Assembly (NCBI GenBank): GCA_020536535.1
Contig: JAHLWZ010000857.1
Coordinates: 6,821 to 70,820, forward strand
From: Pelomyxa schiedti
Taxonomy: Eukaryota > Protista > Evosea
DNA length: 64,000 nt
Direction of reading: 5' to 3'
In this document: positions 26,628-39,783 of the stretch, one piece after another
Layout: every line of letters starts with the position of its first letter
How positions within the stretch are numbered: the first letter of the stretch is position 1
Position numbers and translations under genes: made by a program
Notes under the pieces: model-generated
Databases searched by the model: none
Told to the model about the DNA's origin: nothing
What the model saw: the letters and a program-made list of their open reading frames with translations, nothing else

Positions 26628-28000
26628 ATGTCGCTTGGATCGTATGCGGATGTTGTGTTGTGCACTCGCGGTCCCGTATTGTTCACGGCACCACATGGCA
26701 GGCCGGTCGTGAGGCCAGGGGCCCCGCCGGGGGGCGACGGCGGGGGCTCCGCCCACACCCACGCACGGGAGCGCTACACCTCGGAGATCTGCGTGTCTCT
26801 GGCCCGCCTGCTGCGCGCCAGCTTCGCCGTATGGAGCCCGCCGTGCCTCCCAGGCCCGGCCCCCGCGGGCCCCCGCGCGCCCTGGTGCCCCAAGTGCGGC
26901 GGCGACCCCAGCCACGGCCCCGAGCAGCGAGTGCGTGAGGGGGAGGAGGCCGCGGGGACCAGGAAAGGGCTCCTGCAGGCCAGGAGTGATTTCTTCAGCA
27001 GGCCCAGCGAGGGCTGCAAGGGCGACCCTAGTTACATGCCTCCTGCGTCGAGGGAGTTTGGGAGGTCTCCCTGGTGCATGGCTGCGAGGAGGTTTATGCA
27101 GTCACAACAACTGAGAAGTAGCCCGTGCATGGTCGTTGACATTCACGGCAAGGTAGGGTTCCGTTTGTTATTATGGGGGGCGGTTTTTTCAAATCTTTTT
27201 TTTTTTTACTTTCATATTTATTGTGGTTGTATCTATGGTTTGGACTTGGTAATGTTTAAGTCAAATGTTTCTTTTTTTGGTCTTTGGCTAGTCAGTACGT
27301 GGTTTGTGTGCTGTTTTGTCTAATGACTGGCAACAAGTTCTTCCTACCACCTTAGGCAGATAGACCACACGACCTTGATATAGATGTTGGAATTGGGGCC
27401 ATGGAAGCTCTGTGGTATTCAGATAAGAGGATCCAGCCGGCTTCAGGAAGCAAGGGCGCCACCAAAATGTCGTCATTGGATAATTTGAAGACAATCGTAT
27501 CTGCAAGCCTCAAGTGGGCTCTTTCAGGCCATGGGGCTGTAAGCACAGCCCCGCAAGCTGTACCTGGAGTTATTGTACCGTTTGGAGTTCAGTGCAATCC
27601 CAAGATGAGCGGGTACCGAGGAACGCTTTCACAGCACACTCCCGGTGCTACGCTGAGCCATCAGTGTGTTCTCCTTGGAATTCCGGCCATTCAACTGGAG
27701 CTACCCTACAGTGTAAGGAAGAAAGTAGTACACTCACCTGAATTTGCGGCATCCATCGCCGCAGCATTATCTGTAACTTTCCAAAGGTGCATAGAAGGAC
27801 TTATGGCGGAATCAAACAAACACAGTACGCAAGGGCAGCAACAGCCACCCACACAACAGAAGCCAAACATGACTGTTGGCGGAATACTACGAACCGTGCA
27901 CCACGTGAACGAGTCACTCATCCTGGATAACCTCAAAAGCCTTGATGTACTCAGCAGGACTGAAAACAAACCAACAGAAGAGTGCATGTATCCATACTGA
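26628..28000 (+). CDS. Zn-dependent amidohydrolase, N-formylglutamate amidohydrolase / carboxypeptidase-like fold
   Basis: VLFTAPHG, ERYT, MVVDIHG, DIDVG and AIQLEL motifs in the expected order. One intron from about 27153 to 27355. Confidence 0.65.
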
Positions 28001-28128
28001 ACCTTACAACCAAAAAAAAAAACCCAATCTTTCTAACCTGCTGTTCCCCAACAAATCGAACAAAACAAACATCGTCGAAAAAAAACCGTGACCATTGTTC
28101 TCTAGAAACAAACAAAAAAAAAAAAGTC

Positions 28129-31128
28129 ATGGGGCGTTTCGGCCGGTGGTTGGTTGTGTGTTGCATCGCAGCCACTGTGGGCTGGCAGGGGGCGGGGGCC
28201 AGAGCGCGAGCACAGGCACGGACGGGGGACCCTGCGGGGGAGGCGGAGGCGGCGGGGCAGCTGATCGCGAGGGCGATGGAGGGGGCGACGGGGGCGGCGC
28301 TGCCCGCGTTTGTGGTGTCTGTGCTGCGGGCCAGCGGGGGCCAGGGCCGGGGGGATTACTTCGAGCTGGAGACCGGGAGCGACGGCGGGGCGACGGTGTA
28401 CGTCACGGCGGGGTCGGGCGTGGCCGCGGCCAGCGGGTTCCACTGGTACTTGAAGTACTTTTGCAATTGCTCCTTGTCTTGGTACGCTGCCGCTGGGTTT
28501 TTCCTTCCTTATGGGATGGGTTTTTTTTTTTGGTTTTTTGGTTTAATGAACAACACTTCACAAAAGGTTTGGAAATGAATTGGTTTTTCCAAATCCTCTG
28601 CCACTTGTTCCTTTTGAACACCATGACAGTCCTTATGATTATGGCTACTACTTCAACGTGTGTACATTTGGTGTGCACCTGTGTGAAACTCCACCATAAG
28701 GTAACAATAATGCCTTAGGTTATTCCACTGTTTGGTGGGTAAGTTGTAAGTATTTCCATTGGTCCCGACTGAATTGTTGATTCCAAAGGATTGGGACCGG
28801 TGGGAAGAGGAAATAGATTGGATGGCAATGAATGGAGTCAATTTACCTCTTGCTTTTGTTGGGCAGGAGTATGTATGGCAAATTGTTTACAACGAGCTTG
28901 GCATCTCCAATGAAGAGCTTGAGAGTTACTTTGGAGGTCCTGCCTTTTTACCGTGGCAGAGGATGGGAAATGTTGACGGGTGGCCATGTATGGTTCAGAA
29001 ACACGAGATTTTTTCCATGCTCACACTGTTCAGACCCTCTTCCTCAATCATGGATTGTTGCACAAAAGTCTCTGCAACTCCAGGTTCGAACTACTTAAGT
29101 TAGTCCAATATTTTCATCATCTCCACAGATACTCGAGCGTATGCGCTCTCTTGGAATGACTCCAGTACTTCCAGGTTTTTCTGGGCATGTGCCAGCTGCC
29201 ATTCAACAGCATTATCCAAACGCTTCCATAACGCAATTGGATCCCTGGCAGAGGGGTTTCACAGGAACATTTTTCTTAGATCCACTGGACCCACTTTTCA
29301 ATAAAGTAAACTGCGTTTTCACCTGCCTGTCAACCAATACAAGAAATAGATAGGGTCTCTCCTCGTTCAACAAATCACGGAGATATTTGGCTCAGACCAT
29401 TACTATTCATGTGACCCCTTCAATGAAATCCTTCCTCCAAGTGATGATCCCGCCTACTTGACCACTGTTTCCGCCTCTGTATAACGCGTAATTTCAATTT
29501 TAATATTAATTTTGCCAAGATATACAGTGCTATGGCAACAGCAGATCCAAGTGCTATCTGGGTGCTCCAAGCATGGTTTTTAGTGTCATCTCCTCTCTTT
29601 TGGAAGACTGAACAGACACAAGCATTCTTGAATGGCGGTACCACATTTCACCGCAGTGGGATTACAATAACTTTTGGCTTCAATATTTTTTTCCTACAGT
29701 TGCCACTGAGGACCTCATTCTCCTTGACCTGTGGGCTGAAGTTGATCCCATTTGGGATGATGATCTCTTCTTTGGAAAACAGTTCGTGTGGAATATGCTT
29801 CATAATTATGGAGGACGCTCAGGAATGTATGCAACCCTTCCAAGAGTGGCCACTGGTCCAATTACAGCTCTCCAAAATGGCTCTGCAAATATCGTAGGCA
29901 CCGGCTTCACACCTGAGGCAATTGAAACGAATCCTGTTGGTTGGAGCCATATCTACCTTGGTCTATATTTATTTTCCTTACTGCAGCCTATGACCTCATG
30001 GGTGAAATGCGTTGGCGAACAACTGCCCCGGACCTTGACCTCTGGGTTCAATCCTACGCTATTCGCAGATATGGCATCGAAATCCCTGAACTTATTACTG
30101 CATGGTCTCTGCTCCAAAATAGTGTCTACAACTGTGAGCGGCGCCAGGCAGGGACCTCAGGATCAATTGTGGCTGCACGCCCAGATCTTGTAATACCTGT
30201 AGTTGGCTGTTGCGCTGTAAGCAAACTGCGGACAAATTAATCTCACGGCTAAGTCAAATATAGGTCACTCCCCTCTACTGGGACCCTGTTGATGTATGTG
30301 AGGCATGGACATTGATGACACAAGTGGCAAACCAACTAAGAGATCACCCTACATTTACTTATGACCTTACTACCGTGACAGCACAGGTAAGTTTTTACGC
30401 CTTAAATAGAACTCAGACTTTTCACAGGTTCTAAGCACATTAATGCTCGGATACCACAGGTCTCTTGTAGCAAGCTTTCATGAAGATACCAGTATTACCT
30501 TTGAGAAAGCTGCAAGTAAAATCGAGTCTTTGATACAAGGTATATATCACGAGAGTAGTTAAATAGAAAACCGACTTTGATTACACAGATATGGATGAAA
30601 TTCTTGCAGTGATCTCCTACTCTTTTTTCCCGCAATTTCTTCACTTAACCTCATAACTTTGATAGACACAAGAAAAACTTCTCCTTGGAACATGGCTTGA
30701 AGATGCCAAGCAATGGGCCCAAACTGACGACGAATGGACCAATTATCAATACAACGCCCGGCTACAAATCACCCTCTGGGGCCCCCCTCTGACCCACCTC
30801 AATGACTACGCGTAATTCCACTCCTAATCCCAATCCCAATCTTCCTCCCTATTCCTTTCTTTTTCTCACTATGAATAGGTACAAGCTGTGGTCTGGCCTT
30901 GTCTCGGATTTCTACCTCCCTCGCTGGGACACATTCATTGGCTCACTACGGGACTACATAGGACACCATGAGGACTGGAATCTGACGGCATACCGCCACG
31001 AAGTCAGTGCCGTGGAGGAGGCCTGGACACTCAATACTGATGACAGTAATTATCCAAGCACCGCTCAAGGGAATTCAGTGGATGTGGCTCTTTCCTTATA
31101 TGAAAAATACAAGTCGGAGTGCCAATAG
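28129..31128 (+). CDS. NAGLU: Alpha-N-acetylglucosaminidase (GH89), secreted/lysosomal
   Basis: Signal peptide, [97 protein letters not shown] and [14 protein letters not shown]. Confidence 0.95.
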
Positions 31129-31228
31129 AATTCTCCATTCTAGCAACTCACTCTCACCTCTAATATTCACCATAAGAGAAGCTTATTAGTTCATGCCTTC
31201 TTTTTTTGTTGTTTTTCCGGAGTCAAAC

Positions 31229-33183
31229 TTACCAGTCATCAGGAGGTTTGGTGGTTGAGTGCCCAGTTAACCAAGCCACCTTTAGGTTAATTTTTCTGAT
31301 GGCCTCAGTGTCAGTAGGTTGCACTCCTTGATCGTGCATCATCTGTGCAATCATTGTGATAACAGCCCGTAGCGAACAGGCGTGACGGAACCGAGTTCCG
31401 AATATGGTGGTATCAACATACTTGATGTATTCCTGCACCCGCTTCTGTGCATGCAGCTGGAATATGAAGCTGTTGTGGAGTGTGTTTATCAGCGGGACAA
31501 TTCCTCCCGGGTGTGTGAAAATGGAGCCGTAGCCTTCGCCGGCTGTGGTGATGCGGCACAGGGCCAGTTCTCCATTGGCTTTGATTGTGAGGTATGGAGA
31601 TGGCCGGAAGAATGCTTTGCAGTATAGAACTGAAGGTGGAACGGTCCGGATATCAAAGCCGTCGTTGGGTTCCAGGTTGTGTGCACCGGCGCCGATATCA
31701 ATGAAGTTCGTGAGGATGTTGGCCCGGTCGCGGGACAGTAGCTGGATTTTAGCCTCGGGACGTGTGTATGGTGGAAATGTGTACAGGAGATCGGAAATGC
31801 GGACGAGGAATTCTATGAAAACTGGGTCCCTTAATGCGGCAGGGTTCAGTAAAATTGAGGCCCGTGCTTGTAGTCCCGCTTTTCTTACAATCGGAATTCC
31901 ACGCATTATCTTGTCAAACAAGCCAGGGTGGCCCCTAAAATATTTTTGGAGGTACTGGTGAATTTGGGTTCAAACCTATTTGCGTCATGTACTGCCGCTG
32001 TTGGGCCATCAATGCTGAACCCAACGTGAGTGACACCTGCTCTTTTGAGCTCTGCCAAGTAAGCAGGGACATCGGGGTAACAAACACCTGCTGCAGTGAA
32101 GTTCGTTTGCTCCAGAAACCACCCACTTGATAGTACAACAACGTCAATTCCGCCACACACTTCCGTTGCTTTGGAGGCGATATATTGCACAAGATCAAGC
32201 CATCCATCTCCAAACTGTGTCACTTCTCCACCAATAAAAGCAAACTGATTGATTCCAATCATCACCATTGCGTCAACAGCTCTTTTCAGAAGTTCCACAT
32301 TAGTAGGTGAAGTTGTTGTTCTTTGCACTCGACTATTATAGCAATGGTGGCATGAAAACCCACACTTACTGGTATACTCAAATATGATTGTATTTACGTT
32401 CTCCAATGGGTTTCGCTTGTATTTCAAACGTATTTCATCCAATGACAGAGATGCCCTGGGGATTTTTTCGGCAAATCCTTTCTCAATGAGTGAATCAAAC
32501 ACTTTCTTGAGCTTAGTGACACCTTCCTCTACTGTGGGACTCTTGATGGATGCAACGTATGGTGAAGAAGAAGCCTGACAAGATGTAGAATTGGACGAGG
32601 ACTTGGAATCAGTCCCTCCATTGGTTTTCTCTGAGCTTTCCTGGGGAATTGTAGCGTTAATTGTAGGAGGTGCCAACGAAGCTGAAGGCACTTCATTCAC
32701 GCAGCTGCCATTTGATGTCGTTGTGTTCGCTTTGCCATCTGAAACTACAGAATGAGGTGTTCCATTATCCTTACCAGCATCAACAGCAACCTTCGTTTCT
32801 GCCGGCCCTGATATTCTCCCTAAATCAGTCCGAGGGGGCGTCCTTGTTTCCTCACTTTCACTGACACTATTACAAGTACTAGTACTCGTAGTAACAGAAC
32901 TAGAACTGGAAGTGGGAGTGGGAGTGGGAGTCGTGCTGCAGGGAACAGTTTTCCCAGTTGCAGTTGCATTTTCAGTCGAAGGTGACGTAGCGGGCGCTGT
33001 GGTTGTGGCACCAATTTTTTCAGGGTAGGGCATGGCCAGAACTGTGCACAGCGAAGAAAGGATGAAGTTTTCGAGTTCCGAGTCTGAAAATCCTTTGGGA
33101 GTAGCGAGGGTGCTTAATGCAGGATTATGGGAAGCCCCTCCTGGACCCAGGAAGAGAGTCGCCAGCTTGTGCGTCAGGGACAT
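31229..33183 (-). CDS. Radical SAM protein with twitch/SPASM-like C-terminus, prokaryote-type
   Basis: FEYTSKCGFSCHHCY (CxxxCxxC), FIGGE, SSGW, FSIDG...HDANRG, then C..FFRP..LTIKANGELALC...YGSI. A single 41-nt GT-AG intron (31935-31975) joins the two ORFs in frame. Confidence 0.88.
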
Positions 33184-33505
33184 GGCGCCGCTGGACGACG
33201 AGAGGTACTCCAACGCAGCCTTATGCCCACAGTTGGTGAGTATCACCCTGCCATTATGGGTGGTGAGAGGAGGAAAAAAAAGACGAACGAACCAACCAGC
33301 CATACAACACAAAAGTGGACGAGGGAGGAGGGATTACTGGTAGTGTTCCTCTGCGTCCGACGACGAAGTCATGCCTGCGTTTTGTTGTCGGTTTTTTCCG
33401 ATAGTTACGGGAAACAGATCAGCCGATCGGCCGCGACTTGGTGGGAAGAAAAGGGCGATCGTTCACGAGAAAAACAAACAAAAAGTCCCGGTTGCGTGCT
33501 CACAG

Positions 33506-35804
33506 ATGGACGCGTACCGCGCACAGATACAGGCCCTGAAGCAACAAAAGGCGGCAGGCACGGCCTCCTCTGCGTCGCCGTCGTCGCTAGGGGGGGCGAG
33601 GCCCACTGCCGCGACCACGGGCCTGGCCGCCACGTCGCTGTCCACGTCTGGCACCACTACGCCCAGATCGAATTTGTTGACTTTCCAGCCTCGCCGTATC
33701 TACTCTTTTTTTTTTTTAATTATCTCTAATTTGTGTTAATTTTTAAAAATAATTAAAAAAATCGTGTCCACAGCTTGTCCTATTTGTGGCACTGAGTGCA
33801 AAGGTACAATTTGCCAGAAATGCGGAAGACCTGTACCACTTTGTATGCACCTCGTCTATGCATTCTTATTGTTTTTCCCTTGACTTTTTTTCCCCAGCAT
33901 CTTTTACTTCTCTAGCCAAGCCAAGCACTCTTAGTCCTTCAACTCCATCAACAACATTAGGAACATCTGCAACTCAGACTCACCCATCACCACCCTCACC
34001 ATCCACACCCCAAACAACCCTTGCGACATCAGCACCACATACTCCAACAACGAGACCAGTATCTGGGTGTGTCCCTCCTTGTGAAAGTCTAGCCTTCAAC
34101 CTCTTTAACTCTTGAACAGATCACAACGCAGTGACAGTTTGACAAACCTATGGCGCAACCAAGGCCAGCCCTCTACCTCAAGCCCATCCACACCGCAGTC
34201 CTCTACTCCCTCCCCCACAATCACACCCACAACTCCCAACTCAAACGCCTCTACACAGCCCAGTGTATCCACTCTCCTCATGAGACCAGCCAACCCTCCT
34301 CCTAATACCACAAACCGTGTTTCAGTCACTACCCCCATATCCAATGGTACAACTCACCCAACACCAACCACAACAAACGTGGGGATTGGTGCCCCAACCA
34401 ACGTAGTCAAATCAGCGGTCGTATTCAATCCTGTTACAGGAGCCCTGGAGACCAAACCAGTAGCTGTGTGTTCACTCTCACAAATTAGCATTGTTATTGA
34501 TCCCTCTATGATGAAATTAATATTAATATACCCCCACCCTATACTAATATGAGTTCAAGCAAACGCAAGGAAAGGCACCCTCACCTGAAGACCTGCTATC
34601 AAAGGCAAGAGCATGGACATCCTCGCCCTCTGGAGGGAATGCTGCCAAACCCACCACTGCATCGCCAGCAATAACCCCTTCCACCACATCAAAAGTACCT
34701 TCCACAGCACCTACTTCAGCGACTCCTGTTTCAATGAACCCTGCACGTATGTCAACAATGCCGGGGCAACCAGGCATGTCTGATAGAGCAAGGCGTCAAT
34801 CGAGAATCAATAGACAATCTCGCATCTTAGTTAATAATCAGATGGAGAAGCTAGAAACCATTCTTGCAAGTGAGTAAAGTTTGGTGATAGTCACTCGGAT
34901 TCACTTTAAAATAGATGTATCTAAGTTGGAGAAAAGGATTGTAGCAACAGGTAATATTCTATTCTTCATAGCTTTTCCTAATTTCTTTCCTGTCCTGTAG
35001 AGGCGGCGCGACAGCAGGCAGAAGAAAGTCTCATAGAAATAGCCATTGGGAAGATGGAGCAAGACGAAAAAGTGAACACGGCCCTGGAGAAAGTCAACTC
35101 CTTATTAACAGACTTCAACTCCCTCTCACATGCCGAACTGCACACACGTCTATGCTCCCTTAGGTGATTTCTTTGTCCTGCAGTTCTAGTGTAAATCTTT
35201 GATAGGGATGGATTGTCGGGAACTGAAGCGGCGTCTCCATCACCATCACAATCACAATCACCCCCACCACCCAGCTCCTCCACACCACCACCCCCACCAC
35301 CACCTCCTAGTGGCACTTTCATTGCGTCTCATCACAGAACTAACAGTAATACACCTCCAGCACCCCCTGCCCCCAGGAGTACACCTCAATCAACTTCCAA
35401 TACCTCTGCTCCGGTTAATACAAGTATGTGCTCAAAGTCCACATACATTTGTCAGTGTATAACTTGTTCTCACAGTGGATCTTCTTGCTCAAATAAAAAG
35501 CGGTGCCAAACTGAAACCTGTTGATGTACAACGCCTAAAAGAGGTACCCCAGCTACAAAAACCTTCAGAATGGCACTGACCTTGAAAACAACCAGCAACA
35601 CGCAACACAAAAGGCTCAATCCAGCAGATCTGGGAGAAAATCAGTAATGCTAGTGAAAAGCTTGGAAGATACAATCAGTGTGTTGCACTTTCACTCTCTG
35701 TTCCCCCAAAGCCAACACTCAACACAGGATCTGCATTGCAAATGAAGTTCCAGATGGGTGACGACGAAGATGACGACTTTGGAGATGAAGACGACTTCGA
35801 GTGA
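33506..35804 (+). CDS. WH2-central-acidic (WCA-like) actin regulator with N-terminal zinc ribbon, S/T/P-rich region, coiled coil and poly-Pro
   Basis: CPICGTECKGTICQKCG, PPPPPPPP, DLLAQIKSGAKLKPV (WH2), SLEDTIRSALQMKF and the C-terminus GDDEDDDFGDEDDFE*. Confidence 0.72.
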
Positions 35805-36026
35805 TGATCACGACCAGGACCTCCTCTCCCACCGCTTTTTTTTTGTTTTTCTGGTGTTTCTGATCCCGAAAGGCACATTGACACCAGCGCAGGGGAACTA
35901 CTCCTGCCAGTTCCCTCATCAGTTGCTGTAAAGGGAAAAAATAATAATCCGAAACAACGCGTTTGGCTCAGTCACACCCAGATCTACCAAAAATACAATA
36001 AAAACAAAAAAAAGATAGAGAGGGTG

Positions 36027-39000
36027 ATGGACGCGTTCTCGTTTCTCAAGAAGGACGATGAGTTGGGTGAGTCACGCCCAAACGACAACAACCACGAACT
36101 ACGACACTAATCCATCTGCATCGTTGAACGCCCATTCACACTTCCACCTCACGACAGCGTACTACAAGGAAAAAAAAAAAAACCCCAACACAAAAATACA
36201 CGACCCAACAACAATAAAACTCTGATCGAAAAACTGGGGAACAGGGAGTGTATTTCAGAATTTGGATAAGGGTGCCGTGTTGCAAGAGAAAAGGGTGTTC
36301 CATGAAAGCCCTTTGAACGTGCGGAAGTGTAGACTTGCTTTGAGCCAAATCCTCTATGTTCTCAATCAAGGTGAAACCTTCACGAAGACTGAGGCAACAG
36401 ATTTGTTCTTTGCTGTCACTAAGCTCTACCAGTCTCAAGATGTATGCATCAATTTGCTTTGATTTTTCTTGCTCAATTCTCTACTCTTCTCCTGGAAGAT
36501 TTACTTGCGGTTGTTGATGTATCTTATGATAAGGGAGCTCACATCACTGACAAGTGATAGTATTATTGTGATTAGCTCCCTAACTCGAGACATGACAAGC
36601 AAAAATGACCTTTACAAGTCGAATGCCATGAGGGTTTTGTGGAGAATTTTGGATGTATGTGCTGGAGATTGGTTCCATCTTTATTGTTTTGTATTCCTTA
36701 TCCATTACCTAACACCAAAACTAGAATACAATGCTTCCACAGTTTGAACGTTATTTCAAGCAAAGTATTGTGTACACTGATCCCAGTATCGCAAGTGCAG
36801 CTCTTGTGTCGTCAGTTCATCTAATTCGCACTTGTCCTGATGTCGTAAGTTACCTTTAATTCCAGATCCAAGCTAACTCTTTCAGGTTAAACGGTGGTCC
36901 AATGAAGTCTCTGAAGCACTTCAATCCCGCAATCTTATGGTTCAGTACCACGCATTTGGTCTCCTTTACTACATCAAGCAGCACGACAAACTCGCAGTTG
37001 CTAAATTGATTGCTGGAACATTCTCTCTTATTCAAGCATCCAAGTATCTTTCTTAATTCAGGGCTATCTCTGAATGTAATTTCAGGTCTCCGTATGCTCA
37101 CTGCCTATTAATCCGACTGGCTAAAAAAATTCTTGAGGAAGGGATAGAAAAATCAGCGTGTGTACTTTCGGTCATACCCGAAATCCAATCATTTCTTTTA
37201 GGGAAGCTCCATTGTTTGAATATATCGCCCACTCCCTTCGCAATAACAGTGACATGGTTGTGCTTGAAGCTGCACGAGCGTTATGTGACCTACCCCAGGC
37301 CACCCCAAAGGATGTTGCCCCAGCTGTTAGTGGTATTTCAACACTTCAAACTTGCACTTTCTTTACTTGTTATTACAGATTTACAATTATTCTTAAACAC
37401 TGCAAAGCCTGCCCTACGATTTGCAGCAGTACGGACTCTTAATAAGGTATTCTGGGTGTAAGTTTTACCTTTCTCACTGTTAATTTTACTACAGCTTGCC
37501 AATAAGTATCCAATTTTGACCAGTTTGGCCAACTTAGATTTAGAGGCGCTGCTTTCTGATCCAAACAGGAACACTGCTACACTGGCCATCAGTTGCCTGC
37601 TCAAGGTAGCCACGGTATTAGAAGCAACCTCATTTTATGTAGATAACTGGAAGTGAACAAAGTGTTGATAAACTAATGAAACAAATATCTGGTTTTATAA
37701 CTGATATCCCTGATGAATTCAAAATTCAAGGTTCGTTCACGTGAACGAAATCAAACTTAACACTCAAAAAAAGTCATCGAGGCAATTCGTACTCTGTGTC
37801 TCAAATATCCCTCAAGACACCGTTCTTTGATGACTTTTCTCTCAAACATGCTTCGTGAGGAAGGAGGTTTTGAGTACAAACAAGTTGTTGTAGAAACCTT
37901 CTTCACGATAATTTCATCTATCCCCGATGCTCTCGAATTTGGTTCGCTATTCTCCCCAACCTTCTGTGCTGGGCTTATTCTTATGTAGGGTTAACACAGT
38001 TGTGTGAGTTTATCGAAGATTGTGAATATGCCTACCTATCTACAAGAATTCTGTATCTTCTTTCGCAAGAAGGTCCGAAAACTGCAACTGCAGGGAAATT
38101 CATTCGTTATATATACAACAGGTAATCTTTTTCGTTCGTTGTGGGTTCTCATATTTTCATCAGAACGACACTGGAGACCGCCCCTGTTCGAGCTGCAGCA
38201 GTGAGCGCCCTTGCAAGATTTGGTGTCAAACTTCCTTCTCTTCAAAGCCAAGTCCTCATCCTACTCAAGCGGTATTCCAGTTCTTTCTCCTTGACATTAT
38301 TTTATTAACCCTTACAGGTGTATGAGTGATAGTGATGATGAGGTAAGAGACAGAGCTGCTTATGCTGTCCGGGTTTTTGAAAGTGGAGACTCCACATGCA
38401 TTAACAACTTCGTTCTTCCGAGTTCTCCCCCACTGTTGAGTAATTTGAATCTTGCCCTGCAACAATATCTGGAAGGTGGTGCTGAAACCCCTTTTGATAT
38501 TTCGGCAGTTCCACAACAATACACTGCGCCTCCCTCAAAGCAAAATCAACCCCAATCACAATCACAATCACCTACACCAACACCAGCCCCAGCACAAACA
38601 CCCGGACCAAACGGGCCGGCAATATTATCAATGCCCGAGTTTGCCCTGATAGCAAAATCCTATTTCAAATCCTGCGCCCCAGTGCATCTAACAGAAAAAG
38701 AGACAGAGTATGTCGTGTCGTGCGTCAAGCACATTTTTACTCAGGATATTGTTCTTCAGGTTTAATGATTCCACCTGTTATTTACCAAATTTCCTTACTC
38801 CCGTAGTTTGATGTACTTAATACAATGAAATCTGAGCAGTTAGAAAATGTGCATGTTGAATTAATTCCTGCCGAAGGAAGTGAGAGCTTTACAATTTCTA
38901 AGGTGTGCCATTGCTTTGGTTCCTGTGTCTCATTTTTCTCCAGATTATTCCTGCAGCCCAGATACCCTTCGACACAACTGTTTCATGTTATGTCCTTATC

Positions 39001-39675
39001 AAAGCCCCCAAGGGAGCTTCTCCAGGTAGGTCATTTCTGGGAAAACTAGTCCATTGAGTGGGACCTAGGCAGTTTTGGGACCACGCTGAAATTCATAGTG
39101 AAAGAGGTAGATTCTTCCGGCGAAGTTGAAGAAACTGGTTCAGAGGAAGAATATCCAGTACTCTATTTATTAAGTTGTTCTTACTCCTTAATCATGCTAC
39201 AGCTGGAGACTCTGGAAATCGCCGTTGGGGATTTCATCACTCCACTGACCACCTTTAACGTACAAACGGATTGGGAAGCGCTCCAGCAGGAAGCAGTCGA
39301 GACATACAACTTGTCTACTGTGAAAACGCTACAAGGTCTTCCAATCTTTTTTTTCCTTCATATATTCTGAATTACCATTTTCCAGATGCTGTTAACGAAT
39401 TGATGTCTTTCTTGTCAATGAACGCGGATACTAAATATGCCAAAGTCGAGGAGAGAGCTAAAAAACACATACTCTTCATGTCGGGCACCTTCATGGGTGG
39501 CATTACAGCAATTGTGAGAGCGAGAATGAGAATCGATCCCAGTGGGACAGGTCAGTTCCATTATCCACGGCACGGTATCGAACCACAACACTAACCACCA
39601 ACAGGTGTAAACCTAGAACTTACTGCACGGTCCTCTGTGCAAGAAATATCGCAGCTAATAGCCTCTTCTGTTTAA
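36027..39675 (+). CDS. COPG: Coatomer subunit gamma (gamma-COP)
   Basis: [77 protein letters not shown] and [17 protein letters not shown]. Confidence 0.96.
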
Positions 39676-39783
39676 ATGCTCCACCGTTTTTGCCCACGCC
39701 ACTCCCCAACAAATACGGAAACCCTTTGAGAGACAAATGTCGTTCAGCTCCACGCTTTTTTTTTCCCATAAGACATCAATAAC

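Noticed and set aside
37011-37085. Possible non-canonical or 18-nt intron in COPG
   Set aside because: A normal 42-nt GT-AG intron (37044-37085) restores the frame to [11 protein letters not shown]. Alternatives cannot be supported without reads.
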